A stretch of 64,000 bases of DNA from Octopus vulgaris (lineage: Eukaryota), in NCBI GenBank assembly GCA_951406725.2, contig OX597843.1, positions 5,146,001 through 5,210,000 on the forward strand. The letters run 5' to 3'. Shown here piece after piece: positions 26,251 to 39,320 of this stretch (position 1 is the first letter of the stretch; every line of letters begins with the position of its first letter). The position numbers and the translations under genes are program-made. The notes under the pieces were generated by a model. That model searched no databases. It was not told where the DNA came from and saw only the letters and a program-made list of their open reading frames with translations.

Positions 26251-28684
26251 ATGACTAGATATGCAACTATGTGTATGCGAATACATACATAAAATAAAAC
26301 ATACAAATCCGCACATATACATACATGCATACGTTTACAAAGTCAGAAAAGAGCACAGCTACTTCCATGACTTCGGGAAACATTTTTTCACGCATCTATC
26401 TGACTCGTACATTGTTCGCTTCCCAGACATTTGTACACCACTGCAGATGCTTTATACGCACTTTGGACAAGTTGTGGGGTACCTGAGCACTGTATACAAC
26501 AATATCATTATTATATATGTGTGTATGTATGCGCAATAAAACGTAATGGCCTTACCTTATAACTTTTCGTTGGGAGTCCTCGTCAGAAAACTTCAGCAGG
26601 TTGCCCATTGACAACCAAATATATATATTTTCCTTTCTTCACTATTTGTTAAACTCTCTGGCTCCGTCTCTGCCACCAATACAAGACAGAATTCTACTTA
26701 AAAACATAATTAAAGGTAAAGTTCCATGAGGGTGTACCAAACACGAAGTTCTGCGAGCAACAGACTTCCTTCCAATAAATGTTTGTTTCAGTTTTCGGCA
26801 CTGACCCTGACGTCACTTCCTCTTAGTCATTATCGATTTGGGAGTCGATAAACTGGGTCAGATTAAACTAGGTCAAATGCAAAAGGGGATCGAAAAGGCG
26901 GCGAGCCTGCCAGTTTAGCGCACCAAACGAAAATACTCAGAAGTACTCCGACCGCAAAGACGTCCCGGGGAAGCGAACCTCCCCAGGACGTCACGGCGGA
27001 CGAAATACAACTAAGCATTCCGTCCGACGCGCTAAACGACCGGGCCAGCTTACCGCCACTGAAAAATTGTGTAAAAAATGACATATTTAAGTTTAAAAAA
27101 AAAAGAAGAAAAATTGAAGGTTGTCCGTGGAACTAGACATAAGAGACATTCTACCATTATTCCCACAACATCCTAGAACTTTTTCTCTCAAAATGGGTTT
27201 TTTTTCTTCAACCCAGTTTTGCTTTCGCTTCTATTCAAAGCAAAATGCTTTTGCATCCAGACTCCCCTAAAAACTGCCGGCATCAGTTGTTAGTTGTCGG
27301 AGCACTGCATCCTTCAAAACTTCCTAAGATTCGCCAACAGTACACCTGATCTTCTCCTCCCCTCCATACACACAAGCAAGCATCTATCTGACTCATACAC
27401 TGTTCACTTCCCAGACATTTCTACATCACTGCAGATGCTTTATACGCACTTTGGACAAGTTGTGGGGCACTGGATACAATAATTTCATTGTTATCTCGCC
27501 AACACCAAAAGATCAAGCGAAAAAGGCAGATAGCAAAGTGGTTAAAGGGGAATAACTTTAAAAGACTTTGATTAAATTGTTATATTTCGGGAGGCCCCAC
27601 CTCACATTTTCCTTTTGCCAAATAAACTCAATCGCTATACATTCGTTCTTCAATTCAGATTGTTCTTATTTTATGACCATTGTCTGATAATTCTTTCGTC
27701 ACACATCCTGTGACCTCTTCAGCGACTCTCCATCTCACGTCTCCCCCTGAAAGGGTTACATATTGTGTGATGAAAGATTTCCAAGCAAATGACATAAAAT
27801 GAGAACCTCAATCAATCTGAAGTGAAGAGCGAATGTACAGTGCGTGTGTTGTTTTAACAAGAACAAAATGACCGTTCCAAAATATAACAATATCTGTTTC
27901 GACACACGATTTCAGATCAGGAATCTTGCAAAACAATACATTGACGTAACTTTGATTAAATTTTTTATTAATAGAAAATGTTGTGATCCCAGAACAGAAT
28001 CTGGGCTAATCCGGCTTATCCTGAGATTATCCAACATCTGGACTGGCCTGTGTTGAGGCTACCATCCATAGTGGCTTAGCCACTATCCACTGGTCATAGA
28101 GTTAGCCACTATCCACTCTTATTTGGCTCGGTTTCTACAATTGGATGCCCTTCCTAACACCTGTGGTGGGTGCTTTTGGTGTGGCACCAGCACAAGTTCT
28201 TTTATGTGGCACCGGCACAAGTGCCTTTTATATGGCAACACAGGACTCTTGAAGGCCAATTCTTACCAGCAGGGGTGGGGGCTGGTCTTAACACTTCTGC
28301 TGTGGAGTAAGGGTCTTCTTGAGTATAGCAAGGTGCCAAGCATCACGGTCCTTTGTCATCCAACCTGAAAGGTTCACTGTCCTGAGGTCGTCCATCAGTA
28401 CTGTCCCACGTCTACCTGGGACCCCCACTTTGTTACAGAGCTTTCAGCATCCATCCACATCACATGGCCAAACCATCAGAATCTTCTCACTTTCACGCAG
28501 TATCTATTTCCTCTGATGCCTAACTTCTCTCTCGGGATGCTAGCACTCTGTCGAACATGTCCAACCTGACATTACAGGAAATACACTTCAAGACCCACCG
28601 CTCCAAAACAGAATTTTTTTCTGTTCTCTTGAAAGTTCCTGAAATTCTTATGAATCAATTCACACAAAAAAGTACAGGTCCCTG

Positions 28685-29285
28685 TCGTCATCATCGTTTA
28701 ACGTCCATTTTTCCATGCTAGCATGGGTTAGACGGTTCGACCGGGGTCTGGGAAGCCAGGAGGCTGCTCCAGTCTGATCTGGGAGTGTTTCTAGAGCTGG
28801 ATGCCCTTCATAATGCCAACCACTCCGTGAGTGTAGTGGGTGCTTTTTACGTGCCACCAGCACAGGTGCCAGGGGAGGCTGGCAATGGCTACGATCGGTT
28901 GGTGCTTTTTACGTGCCACCGGCACGGAAGCCAGTCAAGGCGGCGCTGGCATCAGCCACGTTCGGATGGTGTCTTTTACGTGCCACCGGCACAGGTATCA
29001 CAACTACAATTTCCATTTGATATTTATTTTGTTGCTGATGTACTTGACTCAATAGGTCTCCTCAAGCACAGCAGGTCACCCTACGATCCAAGGTAAGCAC
29101 AGCAGGCTGTCCTGCGATCCAGGCACTTTGGATGGGCTGGGGCTTCTGTGTGAAGCTGGTGCAGGAAACAACCATGAACTCACGTTATTTGTCGGGTCTT
29201 CACAGTCACAGCATATCTCCAGAGGTCTCGGTCTTTCGTCATTGCCTCTGTGAGGCCCAACATTCGAAGGTCATGCTTGACCAAT
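28685..29285 (-). mobile_element. RTE-clade LINE 3' end
   Basis: Reverse complement of the 8650-9150 family, including KHDLRMLGLTEAMTKDRDLWRYAV and the tail. Confidence 0.8.
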
Positions 29286-29556
29286 GTCCCTGTATTTCAT
29301 TTAATTATTGAGGTAAATTAAATCACAGGCTTAGAGTTTGTTAATCAAGGTGGCCACCACTACTTTGGAATGATCAGCAATCTGGAAAGGCTTGGATGTG
29401 TGGTAAGAAGCTTGTTTCTCAACCACAAGGTCCCAGGTTCAGTCCCACTGCTTGGCACCTTGGGCAAGTGTCTTCTACTATAGTCTCAGGCCAACCAAAG
29501 CCTTGTGAGTGGATTTGGTAGACGGAAACTGAAAGAAGCCCGTCGCATATATAGGA

Positions 29557-29935
29557 GAAGCACTCCGTTGATTACGACGACGAGGGTTCCGGTTGATCCG
29601 AATCAACGGAACAGCCTGCTCGTGAAATTAACGTGTAAGTGGCTGAGCACTCCACAGACATGTGTACCCTTAACGTAGTTCTCGGGGATATTCAGCGTGA
29701 CACAGAGAGTGACAAGGCCGGCCCTTTGGAATACAGGTACAACAGAAACAGGAAGTAAGAGTGAGAGAAAGTTGTGGTGAAAGAGTACAGCAGGGATCAC
29801 CACCATCCCCTGCCAGAGCCTCGTGGAGCTTTAGGTGTTTTCGCTCAATAAACACTCACAACACCCGGTCTGGGAATCGAAACCGCGATCCTATGACGTC
29901 CGCTGCCCTAACCACTGGGCCATTGCGCCTCCCGC
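29557..29935 (-). mobile_element. tRNA-derived SINE family B (head GGAGGCGCAATGGCCCAGTGGTTAGGGCAGCGGAC)
   Basis: A box TGGCCCAGTGG and B box GGTTTCGATTCC. Full copies also at ~38635-39017(-) and ~57734-58220(+); variants with other tails at ~15335-15610(-) and ~49479-49790(+). Confidence 0.85.
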
Positions 29936-30068
29936 ATATATATATGTATCTGTGTGTCATCATCATCATCATCATTTTATGTCCCTTTTCAGCCTCTCCT
30001 GCCCCTATACCTGTATTAAAAATTGGAAAAAAAAAAACAAACAAAAACACCCCAATAAATTCTAAAAA

Positions 30069-30074
30069 TTTATT
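30069..30074 (-). terminator. Probable polyadenylation signal of FABP gene A
   Basis: Minus-strand AATAAA ~240 nt after the stop codon, followed by a GT/T-rich tract (GGGGTGTTTTTGTTTGTTTTTT). Confidence 0.6.
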
Positions 30075-30312
30075 AAAAACGTTGTCCCCTTTTCCCCTTC
30101 AGATGAGGGTGGCCCCGTCAGGTGTATGGGTAAATTCGTTGGTTAAATAACATCAGCAACAAAGGGGAAGGGGACACGGGAGGTTGGGAAGCATTTGGTA
30201 TAAAAAGGAAAAAAAACGAGTAAAAAAAAAATTTCTCCAAAATTCTGTATAAAAAAAACAATTGTTCAGCTCCACCTCACGCTACCCAGGGTGTGTACAG
30301 GGTGGCACATTT

Positions 30313-30366
30313 TTATTCGGTAGGTTTGTAGACTCTTGTGCATACTACATCTTGCACGGTTAGGAC
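30313..30366 (-). CDS. FABP: FABP gene A, exon 4 (last coding exon)
   Basis: ttcttcttctccag|GTC CTA ACC...GAA TAA = VLTVQDVVCTRVYKPTE*; contains the conserved R-x-Y ligand-carboxylate motif. Confidence 0.93.
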   Translation of the reverse strand, partial: VLTVQDVVCTRVYKPTE

Positions 30367-31219
30367 CTGGAGAAGAAGAAGAAGAGAAAGAAAGAGAATT
30401 ATATAAGATATTGGTTTCCAATTTTGGCACAAGGCCAGCAATTTAGGGGAGTTGAGGACAAGACAATTACATTGACTCCAGTATTTAACTGGTACTCGTT
30501 TTTATCGACCCCGAAAGAAAGAAAAGTAAAGTTAGCCTTGGTGGAATTTGAACTCAGAACGTAAAGTCGGACGAAATACTGCTAAGCATTTTGACTGACG
30601 TGCTAACGATTCTGTTAGATCTCTGCCTTAGAATTAATTAAATAGGATATTTAAGACAAGTTTGAGAGGAATCATTAATATAGGCGCAGGAGTGGCTGCG
30701 TGGTAAGTAGCTTGCTAACCAACCACATGGTTCTGGGTTCAGTCCCACTGCGTGGCACCTTGGGCAAGCGTCTTCTACTATAGCCTCGGGCCGACCAAGG
30801 CCTTGTGAGTGGATTTGGTAGACGGAAACTCAAAGAAGCCTGTCGTATATATGTATATATATGTATATGTGTGTGCGTGTGTGTTTGTCCCCCTAGCATT
30901 GCTTGACAACCGATGCTGGTGTGTTCACGTCCCCGTCACTTAGCGGTTCGGCAAAAGAGACCGATAGAATAAGTACTGGGCTTACAAAAAATAAGTCCTG
31001 GGGTTGAGTTGCTCGACTAAAGGCAGTGCTCCAGCATGGCCTCAGTCAAATGACTGAAACAAGTAAAAGAGTAAAAGAGAGAGTAAAGAGTATAGATTTT
31101 GCAATTAATTAAGATAGATCTGAGAGTAGCTATTAAATTTAATTACTTTTCAAGTTAATATAAAACACCCAACTAATTTCAAACTCATCTCAACCAATGT
31201 ATTGCGAGTGAATTTATGA

Positions 31220-31940
31220 GTTTTCCTGATCCCTTAAAGCAGTTTTTTCTAATCCCTTTAAAGCAGTCTTTTTCAATCCCTTTAAACCAGTTTTTTTTTG
31301 GTCCCTTAAAACAGTCTTTCAAATCTCTATAGCATTATTTTCTGGTCCCTTGACAGCAGTTCTTATTTTTTTAAAAATCCCTGAGAGCAATTTTTCTAAC
31401 CCCCATAATGCATTTTCTGATCCCTGAAAACAGTCTTTCAATTCTCTAAAGCATTATTTTCTGGTCCCTCGAAAGCAGCCTTTTTTAAAACAAAAGTCCC
31501 TGAGAGCAATTTTTCTAACCCCTTTTAATGCATTTTCTGATCCCTTAAAATCAGTTTTTCTGGTCCCTTAAAAGTCTTTGAAATCTCTAAAGCATTATTT
31601 TCTGGTCCCTTGAAAGCATTTTTTAAAAAAATCCCTGAGAGCAATTTTTCTAACCCCCTTTAATGCATTTTCTGATCCCTTAAAAGTAGGTTTTCTGGTC
31701 CCTTAAAAGTCTTTCAAATCTCTAAAGCATTATTTTCTGGTCCCTTGAAAGCAGTTTTTTTTTTAAAACAAAATTCCTGAGAGCAATTTTTCTAACCCTT
31801 TTTAATACATTTTCTGACCCCTTAAAATCAGTTTTTCTGGTCCCTTAAAAGCAGGTTTTCTGGTCCCTTAAAAACAGTCTTTCTAATCCCTTTAAAGCAG
31901 TTTTCTTCTGGTCCCTCACAACAATTTCTTCTAACCCCTC
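31220..31940. repeat. Minisatellite (~22-bp TTTCTGGTCCCTTAAAAGCAG-type monomer with higher-order blocks) in FABP intron 3
   Basis: Repeated TTTTCT(G/A)(G/A)TCCCT motif; larger blocks recur roughly every 120-150 bp. Confidence 0.85.
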
Positions 31941-31983
31941 AAAAGAATGGATTTTCAGTAAAGGATTCGTTCCAGACACTCAC

Positions 31984-32082
31984 CATCACCATTTTGCCAT
32001 CTTTCAGTTCCCTCTTTAGTACGCTGTCGAATGTCCCTTTCTGGTCTTGGATCAGGGTATTGCCATCGATTGTGCAGGTCGT
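31984..32082 (-). CDS. FABP: FABP gene A, exon 3
   Basis: gtgaag|ACG ACC TGC...GTG ATG|gtgagt = TTCTIDGNTLIQDQKGTFDSVLKRELKDGKMVM; 99 nt, phase 0/0, with the conserved Arg in KRE. Confidence 0.9.
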
Positions 32083-32176
32083 CTTCACTCACAAAGGAAT
32101 TTTAAAAAGAAACAGGAAAAAAAGAATTAATTAATTATCACTCATTACCAACATCATCATCATCGTTACCATCTAC

Positions 32177-33230
32177 AAGAGAAAGAGAGAGTTGGAAGGG
32201 GAGAGAGAGAGTTGGAAGGGGAGGAGAGAGAGAGTTGGAAGGGGAGAGAGAGAGAGGAAGAGAGATAGACTCATAGAGGAACATAGGGAGAGACTGAATG
32301 AAAAAGGGAGAGGAAGTAAGAGGTTTCAAGATGAGAATAGAGAGAGAGAGAGAGAAAGGGAAACAGAGAAAGAGAGAGTTGGAAGGGGAGAGAAAGAAAG
32401 AGAGATAGACTCATAGAGAAACATAGAGAGAGATGGAATGAGAAAGAGAGAGGAAGTTAGAGACTCTAAGATGAGAATAGAGAGAGAGAGAGAGGGAGAA
32501 AAAAAGAGAGATGGACACATAGAGGAATAAAGAGATAGATGAAATGAGAAAGAGAGAGTTGGGCGGGGAGAAAGTTAGACTCCAAGATGAAAATAGAGAG
32601 GGGAGAGAGAGAGAAAGGCTCATAGAGGAATATAGAGAGATAGAAAGAGAAAGAGGGAGTTGGAAGGGGAGAGAGAAAGATAGACTCATAGGGAGGGATG
32701 GAATGAGAAAGAGAGAGGAAGTTAGAGACACCAAGATGAGAATGTAGAGAGAGAAAGAAAGACAGAAAGAAAGAAAGAGAGAGTTTGAAGGGGAGATAGA
32801 AAGTTAGACTCCAAGATGAAAATAGAGAGAGAGAAAGATACACATAGAGGAACATAGAGAGAGGGAGAGAGGGAGAGTAGATGGAAGGAGAGATAGACTC
32901 ATAGAGGAACATAGAGAGAGACAGAATGAAAAAGAGAGAGGAAGTTAGAGACTCCAAGATGAGAATGGAGAGAGAGAGGGAAGTAGATGGAAGGAGAGAG
33001 AAAGAGAGAGTTGGAAGGGGAGAGAGAGAGTTAGACTCCAAGATGAAAATAGAGAGAGAAAGAGAGAGAGAGAAAGAAAGAGATGGAAGGAGAGAGTAAG
33101 ATATACATAGAGGAACATAGAGAGAGATGGAATGAGAAAGAGGGAGTTGGAAGGGGAGAGAGAAAGAGAGAGAGAGAAAGAGAGAGAGAAAGAGACAGAG
33201 AGAAAGAGACAGAGAGAAAGAGAGAGAGAG
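32177..33230. repeat. Polypurine GA-rich tandem repeat filling FABP intron 2
   Basis: (GA)n interleaved with recurring GTTAGACTCCAAGATGA, GTTGGAAGGGG and ATAGACTCATAGAGGAACATAG modules. Confidence 0.9.
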
Positions 33231-33245
33231 CCGTTAATGCCTTAC

Positions 33246-33418
33246 TTTCACTTTCCTCCCATCGGCCGTTGTCTCCTCAAATTCTTCCCCGATTTTGAAA
33301 GTGATCTCCGTCGTTTTAAACGTTGTCGATGTCTTGATGTACCACTCATCCCCGTTGACCTTTATTTCTTGGGTGGGGACGGCTGCCTTGGCCATTGTGC
33401 GGGTTATTATGTTGACCC
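33246..33418 (-). CDS. FABP: FABP gene A, exon 2
   Basis: ttattctgacag|GG GTC AAC...GTG AAA|gtaagg = (G)[57 protein letters not shown]. 173 nt, the canonical FABP exon-2 size, with the [15 protein letters not shown] motif. Confidence 0.96.
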
Positions 33419-34724
33419 CTGTCAGAATAAAAAGAGAAAAAAGAAAAAAAAAACAGAATTTAGTCTTGGGGACAATTATTATGATTGTGATGATGATGAT
33501 GATGGTGGTGGAGAATTTGAGCCCTAGGTCAACCATTGCCGAGCAACCATGATCATCTCTGCCTTTTTTGCAAGGGGTTATCTTTTCTTTTATTCTTCAC
33601 TTGCTCCTGTCATTGGACTGTGGCCAGGCTGGTGCCCCACCTTGAAGTGTTGAGTCCAAACAGACAAACAAATCAACACCCGAGACTTATTATTTTCTTT
33701 TAAAGCCTGGAATTTCTTCTATCGCACATATGCATACATGCTGCAGGTTTCAGCACAATCTCCTCTATCAAATTTAACATTCAGAATATTTTACTTTACA
33801 CTTATCTTAGAGACTGAAACCAGCCTTCTCCACCCTTTCCTTACTGTATTTATTTTGAGATGCTCTGTGTTTCTTTCAATTATTCTAAATATAACAAAGA
33901 ATTTAGTAACATAACTTAGTTATCATTCAGCAAGTGTTAGGAACATAAATTGTGACTAAGGTTTGGTGGAAGATTTTAAATCAAAACTTATGAAAACAAG
34001 ACACTTGGACTACAGAGCCAGAGGTGGTTTCAACCAGGTTGGTATCAAAAGGGTTAAGCACATGACCATCACTGCAGCATCTGCTATGTGTGTGTATATA
34101 CATATATATATACACACATATATACGTATATATATATATATATACTCTTTTACTTGTTTCAGTCATTTGACTGTGGCCATGCTGGAGCACCGCCTTTAGT
34201 CGAACAAATCGACCCCAGGACTTATTCTTTGTAAATCTAGTACTTATTCCATCGGTCTCTCTTGCTGAACCGCTAAGTGACAGGGACGTAAACACACCAA
34301 CATCGGTTGTCAAGCGATGGTGGTGGTGGGGAACAAACGCAAACATACCCCCCCACACACACACACATATATATTCCACATGATTCTTTCAGTTTCCTTC
34401 TACCAAATCCACTCACAAGGCTTTGGTCGTCCCAGAGCTATAATAGAAAACACTTGCCCAAAAAAGAGAGCATCTTATTCCTCCCTCTCACCCTTGCTCC
34501 ACCCCACCCCACCCGCCGTGCTGTAAACAACAATACCCTCTTGTTTAAGTTTGGGGTACCATCACCACTGCGGCTGCCAGCACCATCTTCCTTTTTTTTT
34601 TCTCTCTTTTATCACAACTTTCTCCCCACATGAACTTTCAACACTTTCACCCCATCACCCACCCCGTAAACGCAGCAGCACCCATACTCTCTCTCTCTCT
34701 CTGTATTTGTCTCCTTACAAGCAC

Positions 34725-35520
34725 TGCTGTCACTACTATTACTACCATCATCACCACCACCATCACTACCACCATCACCATCATCATTAATATCATCATT
34801 AACACTCCCCTATCACACATCACTACCACCACCACTACCATCATCACCATCGGTACCCTCCCCCATCACTACCCTCATCATCAACTCCATCATTACCCCT
34901 CCCATCACACATCTCTACCACCATCACCATCATCATTAATATCATCGTTAACCCTCTCCTATCACACATCACTACCATCACCACCACCACCACCACCACC
35001 ATTAACACCATCATTACCCCCCCCCCCCCCCCCCGCCCTCATCACACATCACTACCCCACCCCCCATCCTTACCAGCACCACCACCACAACCACCACCAC
35101 CATCATTAATATCATCGTTAACCCTCCCCTATCACACATCACTACCATCACCATCACCATCATCAAAACCATCACTACCCCCCCACACATCACTACCCCC
35201 CATCACTACCAGCACCACCACAACCACCACCATCATTAATATCATGGTTAACCCTCCCCCATCACACATCACCACCACCATCACTACCCCCCCATCACAC
35301 ATCACTACCCCCCATCACTACCAGCACCACCACAACCACCACCACCATCATCATTAATATCATGGTTAACCCTCCCCCATCACACATCACCACCACCATC
35401 ACTACCCCCCATCACCACCACCATCATTACCCCCCCATCACCATCATTACCCCACCATCACACATCACTACCCCCCATCACTACCACAACCACTACCACC
35501 ACCAACAACAACAATACCAA
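34725..35520. repeat. (CAC/CAT)n low-complexity tandem repeat
   Basis: CACCAT-rich, with recurring CATCATTAATATCAT(C/G)GTTAACCCTC blocks. Confidence 0.9.
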
Positions 35521-35975
35521 TATCACTGCAACCTGCTGTAAGTTCATGGGAAAAAAACTGTCTGTTCGTCCCTCCCTGCAACACCCACCCACCCACACAC
35601 ACACTCTAAATTAGTGACACACAGACAGACTGGAGGTGGGAGGAAAAGACTGTAGCCTTATACAGCTGACCTTTCAACCACACACACACACACACCATGA
35701 AATGAGAGAAAGGTAAATGAGAAGAAGAAAAAAAAAAGTTTAAAAACATTTGTGATTTGTTTGACAAGAATCTAGATTCTTGTATATATATATATATTTT
35801 TTTTTTTTTACTACCCATAAGGGGCTAAACGCAGAGGGGACAGACAAGGACAGTCAAACGGATTAAGTCGATTACATCGACCCCAGTGCGTAACTGGTAC
35901 TTAATTTATCGACCCCGAAAGGATGAAAGGCAAAGTCGACCTTGGCGGAATTTGAACCCAGAACGTATATATATA

Positions 35976-36420
35976 CTAGCAGTATCGCCCGGCGTTGCTC
36001 GGGTTTGTAAGCATTTTTATATAAGCATTTTTAGAGAGTTATAGCAAAAAAATGCATTAAAAATGCAAAAAAATGATGGTATATATTTTTTTTAAATCGT
36101 AGACTCATCGTAGACATTTTTAGAGTTACTTCCCTTATATAATAGCGAAAAAATGATGGTAAATTTTTTTTCTAAATCGTAGACTCATCGTAGACATTTT
36201 TAGAGTTACTTCCCTTATATAATAGCGAAAAAATGATGGTAAATTTTTTTTAAATCGTAGACTCATCGTAGACGCGCGCTAATACCCAGAAGGGCTCGAT
36301 ATGAATCACGACTATAAGATACGCGAATTTGGTTAAACTGCACCGCAAAATGTGGGAGTAGTTAGGAATCTAAATCGAAGGGGACAGACACTCACACAAC
36401 TACAGTTTTATATATATAGA
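35976..36420 (-). mobile_element. Non-autonomous Helitron, subfamily 2
   Basis: On the minus strand A|TCTATATATA...CCCGAGCAACGCCGGGCGATACTG CTAG|T: 5' TC, subterminal hairpin, 3' CTAG, A^T target, no TSD; internal ~70-bp tandem units. Confidence 0.85.
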
Positions 36421-36710
36421 TAATATCTAACCACCCATAAAAGCCACGGGAGCCTGGTCAAAAGGGGGGTAGAAAGCCCCTTTCTCCTTTTATATTACCT
36501 TTTAATTTGCACAGGTGTATCCTTAGAATTCGTCCGTTCATACTGGCCATTCTTCCAGACATTCACCCACCTTTCAATAAACTTGCTACCAGACATCACT
36601 TCCCTCTCTACTCTCGTCTTCCTTTTCAAGTGAAACCTGAAAAAGTTGATGAGGCCTTGGCCAAAGAGGAAAGTGTCTGACCTTAGCCCTTTCAAACGGG
36701 TCCACCAATA
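36421..36710 (-). mobile_element. L1/Tx1-like LINE: ORF2 C-terminus and start of 3'UTR
   Basis: WWTRLKGLRSDTFLFGQGLINFFRFHLKRKTRVEREVMSGSKFIERWVNV; a related diverged ERWVNV fragment lies at ~39450-39563(-). Clade assignment is by resemblance only. Confidence 0.55.
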
Positions 36711-37076
36711 ATGATAAAACCAGCAAGAATAACAATTACAAAATAACAAGATAAGGAAGGAAAGGTAGACATACGTTCCCCTCTTCTAGCTCTATAGAAG
36801 GCGACGATGGAGAAGGGGGGGGTGTCTACAGGTACTTACACACACACATACACATATTTATATACCACGCATACATACACATAAACATACTCATGTACAT
36901 ACATACATCCTGAAAGTTTCTGTGTAGCTGTGTGGTTAGTAGCTTGCTTCCCAACCACATGGTTCCGGGTTCAGTCCTACAACGTGGCACCTTGGGCAAG
37001 TGTCTTCTATTATAGCTTCAGGCCAATCAAAGCCTTCTGAGTGGGTTTAGTAAACAGAAACTGAAAGAAGCCCGTC

Positions 37077-37492
<416 letters not shown>

Positions 37493-39119
37493 TGCAGGGG
37501 TGGCTGTGTGGTAAGCAGCTTGCTTGCTAACCACATGTTCCCGGGTTCAATCCCATTGCGTGGCACCTTGGGAAAGTGTCTTCTACTATAGCCTCGGGTT
37601 GACCAATGCCTTGTGAGTGGATTTGGTAGACGGAAACTGAAAGAAGCCCGTCGTATATATGTATGTGTGTGTATATGTTTGTGTTTGCGTCCTCCGTAAC
37701 TTAGCAGAACGGCGAAAGAGACCGATAGAATAAGTACTAGGCTTACAAAGAATAAGTCATGGGGTCGATTTGCTCGACTAAAGGCGGTGCTCCAGCATGG
37801 CCGCAGTCAAATGACTTTTACCCTGTTTATGTCCCCGTAACTTGGCGATTCTTAGCAAAAAAAAAGACCGATATAATAAGTACTAGGCTTTCAAAACAAA
37901 TAAGTCCTGGGGTCGATTTGCTCGACTAAAGGTGGTGCTCCAGCATGGCCGCAGTCAAAGGCGGTGCTCCAGCATGGCCAAGTAAAAGAGAAAAAGAGAG
38001 TTATTTAATTTCTGAACGGTTTTGCTGCCGCTTGTTTATGTAGTTTGATTTGGATCTTTTCCGTTTGACCGGCAGTTTTTTAAAATAATTTCTTTGTAAC
38101 TAAACACTTTTAAACTTCGTATACTGGTAGAATGTGTCGCATAAAACATCTTTTTCTCTTGGCTTTCTTGAGAAAATTCTGTAGTTTGTAAGCTATTTGT
38201 TGTTTAATTTCATGCATTTCGGCAATTTCAACCAATCAATGACATCTATTGAGGTGAATACAATTTCTCCGGAGCATTGTCAACAACAATAATTTCCGGT
38301 GTCATATGAAATTGTCTCTGTTATTTAGGATCTTTTCGCTTTGACCGGCAGATTTTTTAAAATAATTTCTTTGTAACTAAACACTTTTAAACTTCGTATA
38401 CTGGTAGAATGTGTCGCATAAAACATCTTTTTCTCTTGGCTTTCTTGAGAAAATTCTGTAGTTTGTAAGCTATTTGTTGTTTAATTTCTTGCATTTCGGC
38501 AATTTCAACCAATCAATGACCGTCTATTGAGGTGAATACAATTTCTGCCGTAGCTTGTCGACAACATTTCCTTTGATTTCTTTAACCATCAGTTTCTGCT
38601 AAGATATAGGCACGAGTAAAATTAATGGTGGAGTGGAAGCACTCTGTCGGTTACGACGATGAGGGTTCCGGTTGATCCGATCAACGGAACAGCCTGCTCG
38701 TGAAATTAACGTGAAAGTGGCTGAGCACTCCAAAGACACGTGTACCCTTAACGTAGTTCTCGGGGATATTCAGCGTGACACAGAGAGTGACAAGGCCGGC
38801 CCTTTGAAATACAGGTACAACATAAACAGGAAGTAAGAGTGAGAGAAAGTTGTGGTGAAAGAGTACAGTAGGGATCACCACCATCCCCTGCCGGAGCCTC
38901 GTGGAGCTTTAGGTGTTTTTGCTCAATAAACACTCACAACGCCCGGTCTGGGAATCGAAACCGCGATCCTATGACCGCGAGTCTGCTGCCTTAACCACTG
39001 GGCCATTGCGCCGCCACAAGTAAAATTAATAATAGAGAAACGAAAACAGAACTTTGGAAACGGCAACGCCACCATAGCTTATGTGGAAACCATGAGCGGG
39101 CTTTCAAGGGAGAAAGTCA

Positions 39120-39320
39120 AGTAAATATAACAAATGATCCAGAATCCTTGTCTGGTGCTGGATCGATACCAAAATCAAATCAGTTCGTGCCAGTCACGAG
39201 GCCAAATATGTCTGAAAGTTTCATCCGAATCCATCCAGCGGTTCTTGAGATATCTTGTCCACAGACAAAGAAATACGACTGAAAAAAAATACCTCCGCCT
39301 CCGCTAAAGTGAAAGTAAAT
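39120..39320. mobile_element. Possible Helentron/DINE-like non-autonomous element fragment
   Basis: GAAAGTTTCATCCGAATCCATCCAGCGGTTCTTGAGATATC...AATACCTCCGCC resembles HINE-type termini; single copy here. Confidence 0.35.

Noticed and set aside
33234-33536. 100-aa single-exon ORF containing FABP sequence
   Set aside because: Only 33246-33418 is exonic; the N-terminal part is intronic polypyrimidine and (CAT)n sequence.
34551-35109. Poly-His/Pro/Thr ORFs (also 62829-63284)
   Set aside because: Trinucleotide low-complexity repeats open in multiple frames, with no splice or domain support.
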